From: an uncultured Anaerolineae bacterium
GTDB lineage: Bacteria > Chloroflexota > Anaerolineae > Aggregatilineales > UBA3940
NCBI GenBank assembly: GCA_964603985.1
Contig: CAZRXG010000015.1
Location: 11,957-75,956, forward strand
Length of the DNA: 64,000 nucleotides
Direction of reading: 5' to 3'
Part shown: piece after piece, positions 27,371 to 36,612 of the stretch
Position numbering within the stretch: position 1 is the first letter of the stretch
Layout: every line of letters starts with the position of its first letter
Made by a program: the position numbers and the translations under genes
Notes under the pieces: model-generated
Told to the model about the DNA's origin: nothing
The model's input: only the letters and a program-made list of their open reading frames with translations
Database searches by the model: none

Positions 27371-28327
27371 GACCGGGGGGTCAGCGCGAAAGTGTCTCTT
27401 GACGAACACGACGAGCGCCACGGTCACGAGAAGGGGAACGGCGACCATCACGGTGATGTGGTGGCTCTGGAAGGGCACGTTCTGGAAGGCCGCCGTTTCC
27501 AGGGGTGGGAAGCTCAGCAGCAGCAGAATATCGCCGAAGGTGTAGCGTGGCAGCGTGACCAGCGACGACAGCGTCAGGGCGCCGAAGGTGATCAGCGTGC
27601 CCCACCAGGCCCATAGCTTCAACCGCGCAAGGCCCCAGATAAGCCCCACCAGCACCAGGATCACCACGTCAAGGGCGACGATGCCGTGTAGATTGGACAG
27701 CAGCGTGCCGAACAAGGGGAAAAGGCCGTGCAGCAGGATCATGACGTGCAGCGCCAGAACGTACAGGCACAGCAGCGCGCACAGCACCCGCACGGCCAGT
27801 GGGATCGAGTCAAGCCAGGAGGGGGTAGGGTCTGTGCGCTCAAAGGTGGCCTGTACGTCTTTGCTTTGATAGAAGCGGATCAGCCCCACCGGCACGATGG
27901 GATAGGCGATCAGGGCGAATGGCAGCGACGCCAAAAGCGTGCCCGGCGTGGGGTCCTTGGCCTGAATGAATATCAGGTAAGTCACGATCATCAGCGGGAA
28001 TCCCGCCAATACCCAGAACCACAGCAAAGTCAGCGTCAGCGCCCTGGCCCATCGACGGCCTGCCAGGTGCCCGTATCCCAGGGAGATGCCGGTGATGGCG
28101 ATCAGGTAGTAGCCCACAATCTGGGTGGCGATGTTGGCAAACATGAACGACCCCACGCCAAACCCCTCGTAGTGGAGGCGGCCTCCCTCGGAGAACAGGT
28201 AGAAGCAGTACATCTCGACCGGCCCGATAAACGCGACGGCAATGCCGGTCAGAAGCATGAGCGCGCCGATAGCCTTGAGGATCAGGCCCCGGTCGCGGTG
28301 CTCTGAATTGTCAGTCGTATCGTGCAT
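27368..28327 (-). CDS. hypothetical polytopic membrane protein
   Basis: Start set at MHDTTDNSE (ATG 28327, AGGGGGA upstream). About 9 TM helices. Confidence 0.65.
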   Translation of the reverse strand: MHDTTDNSEHRDRGLILKAIGALMLLTGIAVAFIGPVEMYCFYLFSEGGRLHYEGFGVGSFMFANIATQIVGYYLIAITGISLGYGHLAGRRWARALTLTLLWFWVLAGFPLMIVTYLIFIQAKDPTPGTLLASLPFALIAYPIVPVGLIRFYQSKDVQATFERTDPTPSWLDSIPLAVRVLCALLCLYVLALHVMILLHGLFPLFGTLLSNLHGIVALDVVILVLVGLIWGLARLKLWAWWGTLITFGALTLSSLVTLPRYTFGDILLLLSFPPLETAAFQNVPFQSHHITVMVAVPLLVTVALVVFVKRHFRADPPV

Positions 28328-28521
28328 TTGTCCCCCTGGAGTTTGTGCCCCGGCTCCCCATAAAAGATAACACCGCTGCGGTGTAGTTTTGCGACAGGCG
28401 GCCTGTGAGTCTTTCGTTCCTTCATACAATTCGTGCCGTCCACCCATTTGCGTAATGGGCGAGAATAGGCGAGACTCCGGCCAACAAATCCACACCCTGC
28501 TTGACAAGGAGGTTCAGCATC

Positions 28522-28917
28522 ATGTCCTACACTATCGAGGTGCTCCCTGGCGAGCCGATCATCTTCTCCAAGCTCTCCAAATCTTTCAGCATCGAGCGCG
28601 ATCTACCGGTGGCGATAGACACAATATTCGAACTGTTGGAAGGTATGGACGGGAAGTGTTTCTTCATTGTCGATTCGGGAGGATTCGTTCCCGACCTGCA
28701 GGGCATCGTGACCAGCGCCAGCATGATGGCCAGAGGCGAGGACCCCGTATGGCACCATCCCAACATATGGGAGGTTATCGTGGTTACGTCGGCAAACATT
28801 GTTAAGATGAGCGTTGATGGACTTCGACATGCGGCGTTTGGGCATCTGAAAATCCAGGCCTTCAGCACGCCCGAAGAAGCGCTGGCCTACGCCCGTGGGA
28901 AGATCGCCGGGGAATGA
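28522..28917 (+). CDS. hypothetical protein (131 aa)
   Basis: ATG 28522 with AAGGAGG 9 nt upstream. Lower GC than its surroundings. Family not recognised. Confidence 0.6.
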   Translation: MSYTIEVLPGEPIIFSKLSKSFSIERDLPVAIDTIFELLEGMDGKCFFIVDSGGFVPDLQGIVTSASMMARGEDPVWHHPNIWEVIVVTSANIVKMSVDGLRHAAFGHLKIQAFSTPEEALAYARGKIAGE

Positions 28918-29138
28918 AAGAACTGGTGCTTCGTTAAGTTGGTTTTGCCTCCCTTCTTGGGCACCCTCATCGCCGCTGCGCTCCGATGTGTCGCCCGCGC
29001 ATGGGGGGACGGACGATCCGTTGGGCTTCGCAGGGGGGTGGGGGCTTCCTGGAAATGGAGTGAATGAGCTACCAATGCCCTGCAAAGGGGGAGGCTTTTG
29101 GTGACAATTTGTTCGTGCCTCCCGCCAGAACCCGGCAT

Positions 29139-29167
29139 TTGATACCTGGTCTGCTTGCGATTATAAT
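29139..29167 (+). promoter_or_regulatory. sigma70-type promoter TTGATA-17 nt-TATAAT (a second extended -10, TGaTATAAT, at 29180-29188)
   Basis: TTGATAcctggtctgcttgcgatTATAAT read directly, with gTGATATAAT 15 nt downstream. Confidence 0.6.
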
Positions 29168-29206
29168 CCCGCTACCGGGTGATATAATCCAACGGGCACG
29201 TGACAG

Positions 29207-29230
29207 AGGTGCCGCCAGCGGCACCTTTTT
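29207..29230 (+). terminator. leader terminator/attenuator upstream of the 465-aa gene
   Basis: aGGTGCCGccagCGGCACCt followed by TTTTT. The upstream GGCAC (29195-29199) can pair with the GTGCC arm instead, as an antiterminator. Confidence 0.5.
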
Positions 29231-29294
29231 GCCTTATGCGGGCGAGACCGTCGCCCCAGCCAATAAACTAAGCGAAGTGGGGGAGTCAAACAGT

Positions 29295-30692
29295 ATGCTA
29301 GTCCACGAACAACCAACAACGACCACCAGACACCCGGAGAGGGTATACACATGGCAGCCAAGGGCGTTCAATGTGTGGGTGGGCACGGAGCCTTACAACG
29401 CTTTGCAGGCACGCTTCCTGGCGCAGCTGCGGAAGCGCCTGGAGGCGCAAGGCTGCATCTTTGTCGAGGTGCCGGAGCAGGAGACAAAGCTTGGTCCGGT
29501 GGCCCACCTGGCTATCGCCTTCGGTAGGGACCTTGAGGAAGAGATCAGTCCCGTGACGCTGGTGGGGCGTATGCCCAAGCCGCGTGGCATGATGCTGGTC
29601 GTCAACGCGGTTGGCCGCATCCCGGCCATGCGCCTGTTCGACCTGGCGCGTGGACAGCTTGTCAGGAAGGCGGGCCACATCGGCGTCACGCTGGAGGGCA
29701 GGCTGGACGGTGCGCGCATCGAGCGGGCGCTGTGGGCCAGTATGGCGGGCAACAATCGCCTGCTCGATGGGGCCGAGAGCGCGATCCTGGACAGCCTGGC
29801 GCTGCGCGTGGAGGCGCACGTCAGCGCCCAGAAGATCAACGACCACGCGGGAGACGTTGAGACGCCGATGACGTGGGCCGAGTGGAGCGCGTCGCCCGTC
29901 CACGCGGACATCGCCCGTGCGGCGCGCGCGCTGGGAAAGGCCGGGATCATCGAGGACGAGGTGCCGCTGGGGCAGTATGGCTCAGGCGGCCAGGTGCGCC
30001 ACGTGCTGCGTTTTCTGAAGCGGGCGGCGCTGGGCGAGGGCATGCGCAGCCAGCTTGACCTTGACCTGGGCGTCATGGGGGTGACGACCTCCGGCGGCAA
30101 CAAGATCAGCGTCAGCGATGACGCCGAAGAAGCGCACATCGTGCCGGTCAGCCAGTTGACGCAGACGGGCTACGTGCGGGCCATCCCGGAGGACTGCCCG
30201 GTCAGCTACATCTCGCCGTCGGTGGAAACGCACGAGAACGGCATGGTGTACCTGGCCGACGCGCTGGTCAATGCCGGTCTGGTCGACAGCTTTGACAGCT
30301 TCCTGGGCTACCTGGAAGCTCACTTTGCTCGGCATGAGCGGATCGACATCCTGCCGCAGGGGACGTGGCACAAGGTAACGGCCATCGACCACTTTCACCG
30401 GCAGCCCAGGCTGGACAGCATCAAGGAGTCGGAACGGGTGGAGATCGTCTACCCGGACACGGAGCGCTTCCCGGAGATCGATTTTCCGTGTGGCGTGCGC
30501 GAGGCGGAGCTGCATCTGCTCTCGGCGCTGTTCAAGTCGGAGCTGTTTCTCACGCCGGAGCCGCTGGGTGAGCGTGCGATCGTCGTCGTGCTGCCGGGAC
30601 ACGGGTCGGTGGCGCTGTACGGCGGGCCGCGCGACGAGCTGACCGACCTGCTGGTGAGTGGGATGGAGATGGAGGAGATCGTGCGGATATAG
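29295..30692 (+). CDS. hypothetical protein (465 aa), family not recognised
   Basis: Long ORF with normal amino-acid composition. Start set at MLVHEQP (ATG 29295), downstream of the promoter/leader. The track start at 29064 would lie upstream of the promoter. Confidence 0.65.
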   Translation: MLVHEQPTTTTRHPERVYTWQPRAFNVWVGTEPYNALQARFLAQLRKRLEAQGCIFVEVPEQETKLGPVAHLAIAFGRDLEEEISPVTLVGRMPKPRGMMLVVNAVGRIPAMRLFDLARGQLVRKAGHIGVTLEGRLDGARIERALWASMAGNNRLLDGAESAILDSLALRVEAHVSAQKINDHAGDVETPMTWAEWSASPVHADIARAARALGKAGIIEDEVPLGQYGSGGQVRHVLRFLKRAALGEGMRSQLDLDLGVMGVTTSGGNKISVSDDAEEAHIVPVSQLTQTGYVRAIPEDCPVSYISPSVETHENGMVYLADALVNAGLVDSFDSFLGYLEAHFARHERIDILPQGTWHKVTAIDHFHRQPRLDSIKESERVEIVYPDTERFPEIDFPCGVREAELHLLSALFKSELFLTPEPLGERAIVVVLPGHGSVALYGGPRDELTDLLVSGMEMEEIVRI

Positions 30693-30821
30693 GAGGCAGG
30701 CGCACGAACCTGCTCCTGAGTGTCTATCCGTCCGGTCGCCGCGCACCCCGGATCGTTGTGTCCGGGGTCTTTGATGTTGCGGCGGCCCCCGGTTCTTTCT
30801 AAACAAGGAGAAGGTGCACGC

Positions 30822-32072
30822 ATGACACGGCGTAATCGGACGTTGCTGGTGGGCGCTGTGCTGGCGCTGGGTGTGGTGCTGTTGGTGATCACCGGATGCG
30901 GTGGGCAGCGCCAGCGCCCCGACGTGGCCGCCATGGAGAAGGGGGCGGGCGTTGACTTTTGCGACCGCTACCCGCAGCCGGTAGCCAGTCCATACGTTCC
31001 GTTGAGCGACGTACTGGCGGGGCTGCCCGGCGAGCACGCGCGCGGGGCGAGGCAGCCGATCGTCCAGTTCACCCTGTACGGCGACCTGCAATGCCCGCCT
31101 TGTGCCGAGACGGTGAAGAGCCTCGATAAGCTGCTCGAAGCGTATCCCGACGAGGTGCAGGTGGTCTTCCATCACCTGCCGCTGGTCGATGTGCATGACA
31201 AGGCTCATCTGGCCGCTCAGGCGACTGAAGTGGCATCCGGTCAGGGTGGCAGCGAGGCCTTCTGGGCGATGCACGACTTGCTTTATGAGCGCCTGGAGGA
31301 GTGGGACCCGCTGTCTGAAGAGGAGTTCAAGGAGAAGTTGGCCGATTATGCCGGGGAGATCGGGTTGGACGAGGAGCAGTTCACCAGGGAGCTTGAGAGC
31401 GGGGGCTATGCGGGGTTGATCGACTTCTCCCTCACCACCGCGCTTGAGATGCCCGGCATGCAGGGGGTGCCGATACTGTACGTGAACGGCCAGCCGCTCG
31501 TGTTGCCGCCGGTTGACTTCGTCAGTCTCGATGCGCTGTTCAAGCTCCTCCGGGCGCAGTCGGTTTACAGCGAGGCGCCGCCGATGAAGATCGACCCGAA
31601 GAAGGAGTACGTGGCCTGGATCGTCACCGAGCACGGCGACGTGGCGGTCAACCTGTTCGCCGACCTGGCCCCGGAGACGGTCAACAACTTCGCGTACCTG
31701 GCCTGTACCGGCTACTACGACGACCTCACCTTCCACCGCGTGATCTCCGGCTTCGTGGTGCAGACCGGCGACCCCAGCGCGACGGGGTATGGCGGGCCGG
31801 GCTACACCGTCCCCGACGAGTTTGAGAACAGCAAGCTGGCCTTCGACCGGCCCGGTTGGCTCTCGATGGCGCACACCGACCAGCCGGATACGGCCGGCGG
31901 GCAGTTCTTCATCACGCTTGGCTCGGCACCGCAGCTTAACAATGCCTTCACCATCTTCGGGGAGGTGGCCGACGGGATGGACGCGGTCTACCAGATCGGC
32001 GAGCACGACCCGGAGAACCTGTACGTACCGGGCGACCGGCTGGTGACGGTGATCGTGCGCGAGGTGGAGTAG
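30822..32072 (+). CDS. lipoprotein fusion of a DsbA-like thioredoxin domain (CPPC) and a cyclophilin-type peptidyl-prolyl isomerase
   Basis: AAGGAGAAGG SD. LLVITGC lipobox. YGDLQCPPCAE. C-terminus FHRVISGFVVQTGDP...GGQFFITL is the cyclophilin signature. Confidence 0.85.
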   Translation: MTRRNRTLLVGAVLALGVVLLVITGCGGQRQRPDVAAMEKGAGVDFCDRYPQPVASPYVPLSDVLAGLPGEHARGARQPIVQFTLYGDLQCPPCAETVKSLDKLLEAYPDEVQVVFHHLPLVDVHDKAHLAAQATEVASGQGGSEAFWAMHDLLYERLEEWDPLSEEEFKEKLADYAGEIGLDEEQFTRELESGGYAGLIDFSLTTALEMPGMQGVPILYVNGQPLVLPPVDFVSLDALFKLLRAQSVYSEAPPMKIDPKKEYVAWIVTEHGDVAVNLFADLAPETVNNFAYLACTGYYDDLTFHRVISGFVVQTGDPSATGYGGPGYTVPDEFENSKLAFDRPGWLSMAHTDQPDTAGGQFFITLGSAPQLNNAFTIFGEVADGMDAVYQIGEHDPENLYVPGDRLVTVIVREVE

Positions 32073-32097
32073 CGGTCGGCAGTCGGGCGGCAGCGCG

Positions 32098-33342
32098 ATG
32101 CACGTCACGATCCTGGCCTACGGCTCGCGCGGGGACGTTCAGCCTTACGTGGCGTTGGGCGTGGGGTTGCAGGGGGACGGTCACACAGTGCGGGTGGCCG
32201 CGCCCCGGCCATTTGAGGCGCTCATCACAGAGCGCGGGCTGGAATATGCGCCGTTGGCGGGTGACCCGGCCCTCCTGGTGCGAGGGCTGGTTGACCGGGC
32301 GGGGCACAACCTGGCCCGCATCGTGCGGGTGATGGGTGAGTACACCATCCCCCTGGCGCTGGAGGTGCTGGCCGACACACAGCGTGCCTGCCGGGGGACG
32401 GATGCGATCGTGCACTCGTTCTTGATGACGCTGGCCGGGCACCAGATCGCGCAGGCGATGGGCGTGCCTGACTTCTCGGCGCTGCTGTACCCGATCTTTG
32501 CGCGCACCGGTGCCTTCCCCAACCCGATGTTCCCCCGGCTGCCGTTGGGTGGTGCTTACAACCGGCTGACGCACGATTTCTTCACCCGGTCGTTTTGGCA
32601 GTTCAGCCGCCTGGCGTATGGGTGGCTGCGGCGTGGTCGGCCTGACCTGCCGCCGCTGCCGGGGTGGCCCTTCGCCGCCGCGAATCCACACCCGCCGCCC
32701 ATCTTGTACGGGTTCAGTCCGCGTGTGATCGCGCCGCCGCGCGACTGGGGCGAGCACGTTCACGTGACGGGTTACTGGTTCCTCGACGCGGCCTCCGGCT
32801 GGCAGCCGCCCTCTGCGCTGCTCGATTTTCTGGAGGCCGGGCCGCCGCCGGTGTGTATTGGCTTCGGGAGCACCATCGCCGGGGAGATGGAGCGGCTGGC
32901 CGGGATCGCGCTGAAGGCGCTGGCGCGCACCGGCCGGCGCGGAGTTCTGCTGACCGGCTGGGCGGGGGAGATCGGCGGCGGGGGCGACGACGTGTTCGTG
33001 ATCGATGCGGTTCCGCATGGATGGCTGTTCCCGCGCGCGGCGGCCATCGTGCATCACGGCGGGGCGGGTACGACGGCGGCGGGGCTGCGGGCGGGCGTAC
33101 CGGCGGTCGTGGTGCCGTTTGGGAGTGACCAGCCGTATTGGGGGCGGCGGGTGTGCGAGTTGGGGGCCGGGCCGGAGCCGATCCCGCGCAAGAAGCTGAC
33201 CGTCGAGCGGCTGACCGAGGCGATCCGGATCGCGACCGGGGATGCGGCGATGCGCCGCCGGGCTGCCGAATTGGGCCAGCAGATCCGGGCGGAGGACGGC
33301 GTCGGTCGGGCGGTGGCGATCATCGGGCAGCGCCGGGCATGA
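32098..33342 (+). CDS. glycosyltransferase family 1 (UDP-glycosyltransferase / MGT-like)
   Basis: MHVTILAYGSRGDVQPYVALG... and C-terminal VHHGGAGTTAAGLRAGVPAVVVPFGSDQPYW. Confidence 0.85.
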   Translation: MHVTILAYGSRGDVQPYVALGVGLQGDGHTVRVAAPRPFEALITERGLEYAPLAGDPALLVRGLVDRAGHNLARIVRVMGEYTIPLALEVLADTQRACRGTDAIVHSFLMTLAGHQIAQAMGVPDFSALLYPIFARTGAFPNPMFPRLPLGGAYNRLTHDFFTRSFWQFSRLAYGWLRRGRPDLPPLPGWPFAAANPHPPPILYGFSPRVIAPPRDWGEHVHVTGYWFLDAASGWQPPSALLDFLEAGPPPVCIGFGSTIAGEMERLAGIALKALARTGRRGVLLTGWAGEIGGGGDDVFVIDAVPHGWLFPRAAAIVHHGGAGTTAAGLRAGVPAVVVPFGSDQPYWGRRVCELGAGPEPIPRKKLTVERLTEAIRIATGDAAMRRRAAELGQQIRAEDGVGRAVAIIGQRRA

Positions 33343-33359
33343 CTCACCCGGCGCTGTTT

Positions 33360-33368
33360 TGCTATAAT
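33360..33368 (+). promoter_or_regulatory. extended -10 promoter (TGcTATAAT)
   Basis: ttTGCTATAATcc lies 34 nt upstream of the TTG start at 33402. Confidence 0.4.
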
Positions 33369-33401
33369 CCGGGCTGACTTTGTGACAGAGAGGGGGACAC
33401 T

Positions 33402-34079
33402 TTGTTTAATTTAACACCTGCGGTCCTGATCTCGCGGGCCATCGTGCTGCTGGTGGCGATGACGGTGCACGAGTTCGCGCACGCGTACATCGCCTACCGG
33501 ATGGGCGATTCGACCGCCAAAGAGATGGGGCGTATGACGCTCGACCCCAGGGCGAACATTAACGTGTACGGGTTCATCGTTGGGGTGTTGATCGGTTTCG
33601 GCGTGCTCGGCTCGGCACCGGTCAACCCGTACCGGATGCGCAACCGCCGCCTGGGGATGTTCCTGGCCGTGCTGGCCGGGCCGGTCTCCAACCTGATCCT
33701 GGGGGCGCTGTTCGCGCTGCCGTTCCGCTTCGGGGTGATCCCTAACTTCATGAACGGGTTGGGGGACGGCTTCTTTCTGCCGTCGCCGGTGGACGTCCTG
33801 TACCAGATGATATTCTTGAACGTGCTGCTGTTCGTGTTCAACATCCTGCCCCTTTACCCGCTCGACGGCTGGACGATCATGCTGGCTGCGCTGCCGCCCA
33901 ACATGGCGATCTGGTGGGAGCGCAACAAGCAGACCAACATGTACATCTTCTTTGGGCTGATCGCGCTGGCGTTCATCGCGCCGCAGTTGAGCAATCTCGG
34001 GCTGGGATTTCTGGACCCGCTGGGCTGGCTCATCTGGCAGCCAACCGAGAGGATCATCAGCCTGCTGATAGGGTACTAG
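33402..34079 (+). CDS. site-2 protease family (M50) membrane metalloprotease
   Basis: HEFAHAY zinc motif, multiple TM helices, NILPLYPLDG motif. TTG start after GAGAGGGGGA. Confidence 0.8.
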   Translation: MFNLTPAVLISRAIVLLVAMTVHEFAHAYIAYRMGDSTAKEMGRMTLDPRANINVYGFIVGVLIGFGVLGSAPVNPYRMRNRRLGMFLAVLAGPVSNLILGALFALPFRFGVIPNFMNGLGDGFFLPSPVDVLYQMIFLNVLLFVFNILPLYPLDGWTIMLAALPPNMAIWWERNKQTNMYIFFGLIALAFIAPQLSNLGLGFLDPLGWLIWQPTERIISLLIGY

Positions 34080-34085
34080 CCGGAC

Positions 34086-34601
34086 ATGTGGTGGTACCGC
34101 CTCAAGCAGGTGTGGTGGGATCTGACGGCCATCGTGCTGCCGGTTGATTACACGGAAGCCGAAGCCGCGCTCTCGCCGGAGCTGCTGGCGCTGTTCAAAC
34201 GGATGAGGAAAGGCGACCAGCGGCACGGTCTGCGGGTGATGGGCAAGCTCACGGCGGCGGGGCACATGCACCCTGACCTGCTGGTCGCCGCCCTGCTGCA
34301 CGACGTGGGTAAGGCGCGCTACCGGTACACGGTCTTTGACCGGACGTTGGTGGTGCTGGCGAAGCGGTTCGCGCCGCGCCGGTACGCGCGCCGGTCGCGG
34401 GGCGAGGCGCGCGGGTTGTGGCGACCGTTGACGATCTCGGCGCAGCACCCGCAGTGGTCGGCGGAGGACATGGCAGCCGCCGGGGCGAGCGAGCTGGCGG
34501 TCGCGCTGGCGCGGCGGCACCAGGATGCGCTTGAGGGGGAGCCAAATTGCGAGGAAGACCGGCTGCTGGCGCTGCTCCAGTCGGTGGATGATGAGAGTTG
34601 A
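34086..34601 (+). CDS. HD domain-containing protein
   Basis: ...DQRHGLRV...ALLHDVGK... matches H...HD metal-dependent phosphohydrolase motifs. Confidence 0.65.
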   Translation: MWWYRLKQVWWDLTAIVLPVDYTEAEAALSPELLALFKRMRKGDQRHGLRVMGKLTAAGHMHPDLLVAALLHDVGKARYRYTVFDRTLVVLAKRFAPRRYARRSRGEARGLWRPLTISAQHPQWSAEDMAAAGASELAVALARRHQDALEGEPNCEEDRLLALLQSVDDES

Positions 34602-34659
34602 GGCTTGGCGAATGTCCAAAGTCCCATTACTGCCCAATGCACTCTAAGAGAGGGATGGG

Positions 34660-36351
34660 GTGATAAGTGTTATGCAGGCATTGAATGATATGATTGAGGC
34701 TCATCCCACTCACAAAATACATAGGGAGTTGAGAAAGCAACAGGTTCTGGAAGCTTTCTCGGACTATATTGATGAGACCACCTTTTACCAATGGCATCTG
34801 AGCCTCTATAAGTTCGCTACGGTCAGGCCATTAGTTTACTATCGTGATTCCACCATTTCTGACGCGCTAGACTTCTTTAGTCAGAGTCCTGATCTGGCCC
34901 TGGAAGCCATTTGTGCCTTTCAGCGAGAGTTAAACCACTCCATCATGTCGTTACTACGCCCAGCCAGAAGCTGGGAGAAGGAAGATAAACTATCCCTGGA
35001 TAACCCAGAGCAAATCTTCGAATTTGAGAGTGTGTGGCACCCTGAGTACCAGAGATACTCTGAGCATGTATTCAATCATCTAATCAATGTGCCTTTGTAT
35101 ATGTTGGGTCGCCTCAACCGAAAACCTAAAGCGAAGAAGCCAAAGGACTTCGTCAGTCAAACCCTCGCCAATAGAGTAGAGACGCTCAAAGACAAGAAGT
35201 TAACTTCTTTGACTGATGGGTTTGAACCGATTGTGAGAAATGCGATCTCTCATGGAGGAGTAGACTTCGGACTTGTTGAGATTACATATATCGACAAGAG
35301 AAAGAATGCCCAAAAGGTCCTCTCTGCTTATGAGTTCTCGCAGCTTTTCGACGACATGGTCGACACGTGTCATTCTATTCTCATAGCAATGCTTTTGTTT
35401 GTCTGCAATCACCGCCCTCTTGTCCAAACCCATGGTCTGCATCGTCTTCCATTGGGCCTACGTTTTTTGTTTATTGACGCGATTGCCTCAACTACTCGCT
35501 TTCAACTCCTTACAATGATAGAGAGCCGCGCAGTTATAGGCAACCGGAGGCAACTGAACATATCATGCAGGATAGATACATGCTCGCGCTTAACACACAC
35601 ATATGAGGCGATTGCTGCCTGCTGGCATTCAGCCAGCTTTGGCGGGGAGGATTATGAACGCTTTGCAGTGAGTATAGACTGTGGGAGACTCGTTACTTCA
35701 TCCCTATTCGTAGATGGGGATGTACTCCATCAAGCGATCTCCAAAAACTGGACAATTGATCAATGCAGAGAAGCAAAATTGGTGGAAACTGATCTTCTGT
35801 GGTTTGATGTGCCGACTTTACAGCGGAAGATGAACTCCTGGCGTAACTTGTTCTTAGCACGGTGGGAGTTGTGTAAGCGACAAGTGATCCAGCAATGGCG
35901 TCAAGGCGGTTTTAAGATGCTGGGCTCGCGTTATTCAATCCGACATATCATCGACAAGAGCGCCGAAAAAATCCGTCGAATTGAGGCCTATGTTGTACTG
36001 CATGAAACCGGAACTATCACTGATGCAGAGATTCATAGCATCATCAGGCACATTGTCAAGCGATTACGAAAACATAGGATTAAAGGAAAAAGATTAGACA
36101 GAGAGATTGGGTTTTCTAGGAAGCCAAACTATATCTGGATACGGTTGTATGCTGCCGATAGAAGGCTCAGACGATTTTCAGGCTGGCATGATGGTAATTT
36201 AATCCTAATGGCTGAGTGGTTTTCGCGTTGGAAAAATAATGGCCCAATATTTGTCAAGAGTCCACATCAGGAAATTAGTGAGATCCGTATTCGGTATAAT
36301 CCGGAATTGACCATAGACGAGGATGGAAATCCCGCATTTACTGTTGCCTGA
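34660..36351 (+). CDS. hypothetical 563-aa protein in a low-GC island, with an RNxxxH (HEPN-like) motif
   Basis: Clean ORF with no antisense shadow ORFs. Hand-counted 60-nt lines give 38-55% GC, against about 75% just upstream. Contains EPIVRNAISHGGV. No family recognised. Confidence 0.7.
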   Translation: MISVMQALNDMIEAHPTHKIHRELRKQQVLEAFSDYIDETTFYQWHLSLYKFATVRPLVYYRDSTISDALDFFSQSPDLALEAICAFQRELNHSIMSLLRPARSWEKEDKLSLDNPEQIFEFESVWHPEYQRYSEHVFNHLINVPLYMLGRLNRKPKAKKPKDFVSQTLANRVETLKDKKLTSLTDGFEPIVRNAISHGGVDFGLVEITYIDKRKNAQKVLSAYEFSQLFDDMVDTCHSILIAMLLFVCNHRPLVQTHGLHRLPLGLRFLFIDAIASTTRFQLLTMIESRAVIGNRRQLNISCRIDTCSRLTHTYEAIAACWHSASFGGEDYERFAVSIDCGRLVTSSLFVDGDVLHQAISKNWTIDQCREAKLVETDLLWFDVPTLQRKMNSWRNLFLARWELCKRQVIQQWRQGGFKMLGSRYSIRHIIDKSAEKIRRIEAYVVLHETGTITDAEIHSIIRHIVKRLRKHRIKGKRLDREIGFSRKPNYIWIRLYAADRRLRRFSGWHDGNLILMAEWFSRWKNNGPIFVKSPHQEISEIRIRYNPELTIDEDGNPAFTVA

Positions 36352-36404
36352 AGTAACTGATAGTGAGTCTTCTGACGTGAGCCTGAGATTTGAGATCGGA
36401 CAAC

Positions 36405-36608
36405 ATGAATTGGCGAGAGTACATTCATTCGGACCCGGATATTCTGGTTGGAAAGCCCGTCGTAAAGGGCACCCGGATAGGCGTGGCCTTTATCCTCGAC
36501 CTGCTTGCCGCAGGGTGGACGGAGAAGCAAATATTGGAAAACTACCCGTCGTTGACGCGCGACTCCCTGAAGGCTGTTTTTGCGTTTGCCGCTGAGAAAC
36601 GGTCGTAG
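36405..36608 (+). CDS. DUF433 domain-containing protein (antitoxin-like HTH)
   Basis: MNWREYIHSDPDILVGKPVVKGTRIGVAFILDLLAAGWTEKQILENYPSLTRDSLKAVFAFAAE matches the DUF433 consensus (dP.i..GkPvi.GTRi.V..il..l..G.s.eeIl..YP.Lt.e.i.aal.yA). Confidence 0.8.
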   Translation: MNWREYIHSDPDILVGKPVVKGTRIGVAFILDLLAAGWTEKQILENYPSLTRDSLKAVFAFAAEKRS

Positions 36609-36612
36609 CATC

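Noticed and set aside
29982-32108. 708-aa minus-strand ORF. Similar long ORFs: 44793..46472 (559 aa), 56742..58061 (439 aa), 33411..34637 (408 aa), 31948..33057 (369 aa), 21603..22625 (340 aa).
   Set aside because: They lie antisense to genes with clear family motifs. They are Arg/Pro/Gly/His/Gln-rich with no motifs, and they are typical stop-codon-poor shadow frames of high-GC DNA. They vanish in the low-GC island, which supports the artefact interpretation.
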